Assembly: GCA_030390025.1 (NCBI GenBank)
Contig: CM059432.1
Span: 10,230,001-10,294,000, forward strand
DNA length: 64,000 nucleotides
Direction of reading: 5' to 3'
Origin: Squalus acanthias
Taxonomy: Eukaryota
In this document: piece after piece, positions 57,406 to 64,000 of the stretch
Position numbering within the stretch: position 1 is the stretch's first letter
Layout of the letters: each line of letters begins with the position of its first letter
Position numbers and translations under genes: made by a program
The notes under the pieces: generated by a model
The model's database searches: none
What the model was told of the DNA's origin: nothing
The model's input: the letters and a program-made list of their open reading frames with translations, nothing else

Positions 57406-59927
57406 TGGCCCAGATTTTGCATTAATGATAACGGTGAGGCTGTCAGCACTCACCGGTATTCAGGAGTAAATCGGACAGCAACTTCTGGAGTACGCACGTG
57501 CACAGTTAATCACAGAAATCCGGAGGTTCCTGTCAGGGACACCCTGCTCCTCCATAGGGTGAGCTGTAACAATACCTCACCAATAGACTTGGCACTGAAA
57601 CCAATGCAATGACATGAAGTTGCTGTACTTGCCCACTCGTTCCCCACTAAAGACGCCAGAAAAAGTTAGGGCTGGTACATTCAGGAGTAAGTGATTTTTT
57701 AACGGCGTGATAAGTGATAATAAGATCATAAGCAAGATCATAAGAAATAGGAGCAGGAATAGGCCACTTGGCCCCTCGAGCCTGCTCCGCCATTCAATAA
57801 GATCATGGCTGATCTCGGGCTCAAAGCCACTTCCCAGCCCGCTCCCCATAACCCTTCACTCCCTTATCTTGCAAAAATTTGTCTATCTCCACCTTAAATG
57901 TATTTAATGACCCAGCCTCCACAGCTCTCTGGGGCAGAGAATTCCACAAATTTACGACCCTCTGAGAGAAGAAGTTCCTCCTCATCTCAGTTCTAAAAGG
58001 CCGACCCTTTATTCTGAAACTGTGCCCCCGAGTTCTAGATTTCCCCACGAGGGGAAACATCCTCTCTGCATCTGCCCTGTCGCGCCCCCTCAGTATCTTA
58101 TATGTTTCGATACGATCACCTCTCATTCTTCTAAATTCCAATGAGTATAGGCCCAGCCTGCTCAACCTTTCCTCATAAGTCAAACCCCTCATCTCTGGAA
58201 TTAACCTAGTGAATCGTCTCTGAACTGCCTCCAATGCAAGTATATCCTTCCTTAAATAAGGAGACCAAAACTGTACGCAGTCCTCAAGGTGTGGTCTCAC
58301 CAATACCTTGTACAGTTGTAGCAGGACTTCCCTGCTTTTATACTCCAACCCCCTTGAAATAAAGGCCAACATTCCATTTGCTTTTTTGATTACTTGCTGT
58401 ACCTGCATGCTAACTTTTTGTGTTTCATGCACAAGAACCCCCAGATCCCTCTGAACTGTAGCATTTTGTAATCTCTCTCCATTTAAATAATAGTTTGCTT
58501 TTTTATTTTTCCTGCCAAAGTGGATAACCTCGCACTTTCCCACATTATACTCCATCTGCCAAATGTTTGCCCACTCTCCTAGCCTGTCTATATCCCTTTG
58601 CAGATTCTTTGAGTCCTCTGCACAACTTGCTTTCCCACCCATCTTTATATCATCTGCAAACTTGGCTACATTACACTCGATCCCTTCATCCAAGAATAGA
58701 TTGTAAATAGTTGGGGCCCCAGCACCGATCCTTGTGGCACCCCACTAGTTACCGTTTGCCAACTGGAAAATTACCCATTTATCCCGACTCTCTGCTTTCT
58801 GTTAGTTAGCCAATTCTCTATCCATGCTAATATATTACCCCCAACTCCGTGAGCTCTTATCTTATGCAGTAACCTTTTATGTGGCACCTTATCGAATGCC
58901 TTCTGGAAATCCAAATACACCACATCCACTGGCTCACCCTTGTCCACCCTGCTTGTCACATCCTCAAAGAACTCCAGCAAATTTGTTAAACATGATTTCC
59001 TTTTCCTAAAACCATGCTGACTCTGTTTGACTGCAGTATGTTTTTCTAAATGTCCTGCTACTGCTTCCTTAATGAAGGACTCCAGCATTTTCCCAACGAT
59101 AGATTTTAGGCTAACTGGTCTATAGTTTCCTGCTTTCTGTCTCCCTCCTTTCTTAAATAGGGGTGTTACATTTGCGGTTTTCCAATCCGCTGGGACCTCT
59201 CCAGAGTCAGGGAATTTTGGTATATTGCAACCAATGCATCCACTATCTCTGCAGCCACTTCTTTTAAGACCCTGGGATGCAGGCCATCTGGTCATGGGGA
59301 CTTGTCGTCTTTTAGTCCCATTATTTTACCAAGTACTTTTTCCTTAGTGATAGTGATTGTCTTTAGCTCCCCCCTCCCTGTGGCCTCTTAATTATCCATT
59401 ATTGGGATGTTGTTTGTGTCTTCTGCCGTGAAGACAGATGCAAAATATTTGTCCAAGTGAAGACAGATGCAAAATATTTGTTCAGTGAAGACAGATGCAA
59501 AATATTTGTTCAGTTCCAAACAGCCTCTCTGGCACTGAAAATTGTATTTTACAAGTGTGGAGTCTCATTCCTTCAGAATTTAATTAGTGTTGGAGATTTT
59601 AATAAAAAAAATGTTTACTTTTTCTGTCTGTCTCTTTTATCTCTCTCTCCTAATCCCATTTGTCTTTCTTAATCTTTATTCCGCTTTCTGTACATGATTT
59701 AAATCTAATTTATGCTTCCTGCTTTATACTTCCTGGTTTAGACTCTGCATGGCTCAGTGAGGATTCTTCAATCTGATTGGTTGCAGAGCCTCACCATTTC
59801 TTGCCCTGTCCACAGATGCCCTATAGAGGGCACCGCACTAGATCAGACGCCAGATTAGAGCAAGTCTCCACTCAACAGGTGAACGGCAAGCGTCGTTCCT
59901 TCGCCGCTGACTGCAAAATCCAGACCA
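57406..59927. mobile_element. Hairpin-rich MITE containing a CR1 insertion
   Basis: TIRs TGGCCCAGATTTTGCA (57406-57421) / TGCAAAATCCAGACCA (59912-59927); architecture similar to 15713-16454. Confidence 0.6.
57720..59513 (-). mobile_element. CR1/HER1 LINE, RT domain and 3' end (1.8 kb)
   Basis: ORFs 58771-59295 (WKTANVTPLFKKG..NYRPVSL..QHGF..YLDFQKAFDKVPH) and 57821-58693 (KFADD..LYKVLVRPHLE..WNSLPQ). Confidence 0.95.
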
Positions 59928-60659
59928 CGATCACACAGTCACAGCTTCCTGATGTACAATGAAGAACAGCAAAATGCAGTCTTCTGCTGTACGTACAGTC
60001 TTAGTGTAGCCGGCGTCAGGATAATGCGAGAGCGGAGAACAAAGTTAAGATAGGATTTGGCACTTCCAACAATCGTAGAAAATTCAAAACAGGGAACCTT
60101 GGCATTTGCGACAAGGAATGACTTTTTTTTAATCTTTAGCTTCGCAACCTCGGCATTGAGAATTGAGATTCGTATTCTGTTCCCTTGAAACTTGGATATT
60201 TTAAATGTGGAGTCGAAACTGAATTGTTTCATAAACAGGAAGATTGTCCCTTGGAATTCCAGCGAAATTGAACATGTAAAAGACCAGTAAAGTACCAGTC
60301 ATCTGACACCAGAACGACTTAAATCACCAAGCAAATGGGCACAGACCCCTGACGCATCTACTGAAATACCACAAAAAGAAAGAAATATGTGACACTAAAC
60401 CACCACGCAAGTCTTTTACCACACGAGTCAATGGAGCCACTTATCAGAAAGAGCATTTATCAAGTTTATAATCCAGCCTGCAAGGAATCACCAAGAGGCT
60501 GTCGCTTTTGCATTACTGCAGAAATGGCTGGATAATTCCAAAATTAGGTTATCAATCTGTCCCCGTAGTGCATTTCAGCATGAGGAGTAAAACTAAACTT
60601 CTAGGGGTCAGGGTTTGCCCAACATTCACCCTAACTGCTCAATTTCCCTTTACGTGCGC

Positions 60660-61200
60660 TTCCCCTAACTTTCTCACTCCCTAAAGCTAATGCTGCAAAC
60701 CTCCTCCCTACCCTCATTTGTCCATTTCCCCTACTCTCCCCCAGCAAGCCTCCCCCTGATCTAGCGATCGTCCCCAACCCCCTTGCTCTTCAAAATGTTT
60801 TCTGTCTCTTAGACAAGCTCCTTCCCATCCATGACTCCTCCAGTTCCTTCTCCACATGCAGACACATCACCCTACTCCATCCCTCCCCCCACCTCTGCTT
60901 CAAGATCATCTTCATCTACTGCCCTCAGTTCCCTAGGTGCTTTCCTTACTGAATTCCCCTCCTTCCTATATCTTCACCAAGAAACTTCTCATCCTCAGTA
61001 TTTTCAAGCTCAATCTGAACTCATCCTCTCTCACCACAGCTGATTTTTCATGCATTCCTCCCCTCCCTTAAACTCAGCTTCCACATTGACTATCCCAAGC
61101 ACACACATTGCCATCTCCTTGACCTTCTTATCCTGCATGGCCTTGAGACATTTCAAGTGTCTATCATTAACAAGTGCCTATCATTTCCTTTCTCCTAACA
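60660..61200 (+). mobile_element. Old L2 endonuclease-region fragment
   Basis: Decayed ANAANLLP..LQNV, FKIIFIYCP..FLTEF, LLIL, PKHTHCHLLDL. Confidence 0.55.
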
Positions 61201-61204
61201 TTGA

Positions 61205-61670
61205 TTTCTGGGATGAGAGGATTATCCTATGAGGAGAAATTGAGTGGATTGGGCCTATAATCTCTGAAGTTTAGAAGAATGAGAGGTGAACTCATTGAAA
61301 CTTAGAAGATTCTGAGGGAAATTGACAGGGTAGTTGTGGAAAGGTTGTTTCCCCTGGGCTGGAGAGTCTAGAACTAGGGGTCACAGTCTCAGGATAAGGG
61401 GTTGGCCATTTAAGACCGAGATGAGGAGGAATTTCTTCAGTCAGAGGGTTGTGAATCTTTGGAATTCTCTGCCCCAAAGGGCTGTGGATGTTCAGTCATT
61501 GAGTATATTCAAGGCTGAGATCTATAAAATTTGGGACTCTAGGGGAATCAAGGGATATGGGGATAGGGCGGGTAAGTGGAGTTGAGGTCGAAGATCAGCC
61601 ATGATATTATTGAATGGTGGGGCAGGCTCGAGGGGCCAAATGGCCTATTCCTGCTCCTATTTCTTATGTT
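61205..61670 (+). mobile_element. CR1/HER1 LINE 3' part
   Basis: ESRTRGHSLRIRGWPFKTEMRRNFFSQRVVNLWNSLPQ; tail. Confidence 0.9.
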
Positions 61671-61709
61671 ATCTGGTTCTTCTATAACTGACTATAGACA
61701 GCATGGGAC

Positions 61710-62490
61710 TACAACAACAACAACTTGCATTTATATAGCACCTTTAACATAGTAGAATGCCCCAGGGCGTTTCATAGGAGCGTTATCAAACAAAATTTGA
61801 CAGCGACTCACATAAAGAGATATTGGGACACAAAGAGGTAGGTTTTAAGGAGCACCTTAAAGGAGGAGAGAGAGGTAGAGAGGCAGAGAGGTTTAGGGAG
61901 GGAATTCCAGAGCTGAGGGCAGAGGAAGCTGAAGGCACGGCTGCCAGTGGTGGAGCGATGAAAATCAGGGATGCTCAAGAGGCCAGGATTGGAGGAGCGC
62001 AGAGATCTCAGAAGGTTGTCGGGCTGGAGGAGGTTACAGAGATAGAGAGGGGGCGAGGCCATGGATGGATTTGAACACAACGATGAGAATTTTAAAATCG
62101 AGGCGTTGCCGGACCAGGAGCCAATGTAGGTCAGTGAGCACAGGGGTGATGGGTGAACGGGACTCGGTGCGATTTAGGATATGGGCAGCAGAGTGTTGGA
62201 TGAGCTCAGGTTTACAGAGGGTGTAAGGTGGGAGGCCGGTCAGGAGTGTGTTGGAACAGTCGAGTCTAGAGGTAACGAAGGCATGGATGAAGGTTTCAGC
62301 AGCAGATGAGCTGAGGCAAGGGCGGAGACGGGCGATGTTACAGAGGTGGAAATAGGCAGTCTTGGTGATGGAGAGGATATGCGGTCGGAAGCTCAGCTCA
62401 GGGTTAAATAAGATGCCAAGGTTGCAAGCGGTCTGGTTCAGCTTCAGACAGTGGCCAGGGAAAGAGACGGAGTTGGTGGCTAGAGAACGT
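61710..62490 (-). mobile_element. L2 LINE 3' part
   Basis: YFHLCNIARLRP..FVTSRLD..LHWL..LWNSLP; (TTG)n tail. Confidence 0.9.
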
Positions 62491-62542
62491 AGAGTGATTC
62501 ATTATCCTTGTTTCTGATATGGAGTAATGCAGCAAGAAGTTT

Positions 62543-63352
62543 TATTTTTTTTATTCGTTTATGGGATGTGGGCGTCGCTGGCAAGGCCAGCATTTATTGC
62601 CCATCCCTAATTGCCCTCCAGAAGACGGTAGTGAGCCGCCTTCTTGAACCGTTGCAGTCCGTGTGGTGAAGGTACTCCCACAGTGCTGTTAGGTAGGGAG
62701 TTCCAGGATTTTGACCCAGCGATGATGAAGGATCGACAATATACTTCTAAGTCAGGATGGTGTGTAACTTGGAGGGGAACTTGGAGGTGGTGGTATTCCC
62801 ATGCACCTGCTGCCCTTGTCCTTCTAGGTGGAAGAGGTCGCGGGTTTGAGAGGTGCTGCCGAAGAAGCCTTGGCGAGTTGCTGCAGTGCATCTTGTAGAT
62901 GGTACACACTGCAGCCACGGTACGCCGGTGGTGGAGGGAGTGAATGTTTAAGGCGGTGGATGGGGTGCCAATCAAACGGGCTGCTTTGTCCTGGATGGTG
63001 TCGAGCTTCTTGAGTGTTGTTGGAGCTGCACTCATCTAGGCAAGTGGAGAGTATTCCATCACACTCCTTACTTGTGCCTTGTAGATGGTGGAAAGGCTTT
63101 GGGGAGTCAGGAGGTGAGTCACTCGCCGCAGAATACCCAGCCTCTGACCTGCTCTTGTTGCCCCAGTATTTATGTGGCTGGTCCAGTTAAGTTTCTGGTC
63201 AATGGTGACCCCCAGGATGTTGATGGTGGGGGATTCGGCGATGGTAATGCCGTTGAATGTCAAGGGGAGGTGGTTAGACTCTCGCTTGTTGGAAATAGTC
63301 ATTGACTGGCACTTCTGTGGCGCGAATGTTACCTGTCACTTATCAGCCCAAC
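62543..63352 (-). mobile_element. LINE-A 3' part
   Basis: ORFs 63036-63302 and 62607-63035 match the other LINE-A copies; stem-loop tail. Confidence 0.9.
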
Positions 63353-63639
63353 TTATCTTACATATGATATTGAATTTCTGCCCATTATCGGGTGACCAAC
63401 AACTTGCAGTTGGGTGGGACTTAGTGGCAGGAAGTTCTCACTGAAAATCGCGAGAGCTTCCTATAAATATTACAACTATATTGAAATGAATGCACGCACA
63501 AGCTCCTGTCATCCAGCCATAAATTCAACGGAGGTTCAAGCACTCACAGAAAATATATTTAAAAAGTTGGCCGCTAATAACTTCCTGTCATCGGGTAACC
63601 TAACGACCTGAAACGCCCATTTTACAAAGTATTTACGCA

Positions 63640-63935
63640 CCATATCTTATGTATAAATATAAGATAGTCACTAATAAATCCAATAGGGGATTCGGGAGAA
63701 ATTTCTTTACCCAGAGAATGGCGAGAATGTGGAACTAGCTACTACAGGGAGTAATTGAGGCAAATAGCAGAGATATATTTAAGGGAAGCTAGGTAAGCAC
63801 GTGAAGGGGAAAGGAATAGAAGGATATGTCGATGGGTTAGATGAAGAAGGGTGAGAGGAGGCTTGAGTGGAGCATAAAGACCGGCATGGACCTGTTGGGC
63901 CGAATGGCCTGTTTCTGTCCTGTTAATACTTTGTA
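63640..63935 (+). mobile_element. CR1 LINE 3' end between inverted repeats
   Basis: FGRNFFTQRMARMWN*LLQGVIEA; GGGCCGAATGGCCTGTTTCTG terminal hairpin. Confidence 0.8.
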
Positions 63936-64000
63936 ATACTTTGTAAAATGGGTGTTTCAGGTCGTTAGGTTACCCACTGACAGAACGTTATCAATAGGAA

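Noticed and set aside
57821..59295. Active LINE ORF2
   Set aside because: 5'-truncated, split into two ORFs, no endonuclease.
59939..60300. 97-aa minus ORF and a TTTCATAAACAG acceptor-like site
   Set aside because: No recognisable domain; downstream frames stop or lack a donor.
63585..63615. GACCTGAAAC resembling the PLE hammerhead
   Set aside because: No CTGANGA core upstream.

Overview
Repeat-dense, non-genic (intronic or intergenic) vertebrate DNA, almost certainly from a shark or other chondrichthyan, since it carries HE1-type V-SINEs, SacSINE1-type DeuSINEs and HER1/CR1 LINEs. I found no host exon, RNA gene or intact ORF. Every recognisable ORF is a transposon fragment or a tandem-repeat artefact. 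The window holds many CR1/HER1 and L2 LINE fragments, a second CR1-group LINE family (called LINE-A here), RTE, Tx1-like and Vingi-like LINEs, Penelope-like fragments with hammerhead-ribozyme motifs, a 1.3-kb solo LTR, a Gypsy gag-pro fossil, Harbinger/hAT-type MITEs, a Harbinger remnant with a Myb/SANT exon, and two minisatellites, often nested. The most notable observation is three tRNA-headed elements ending in the LINE-A tail at three different junctions. One reads from the tRNA head directly into an endonuclease-like ORF start, and LINE-A lacks TTTT on its sense strand, which suggests a possibly Pol III-driven LINE with a deletion series. Family names come from motif recognition, not database searches. 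Boundaries are approximate (about 10-30 bp) unless TSDs or TIRs are quoted.
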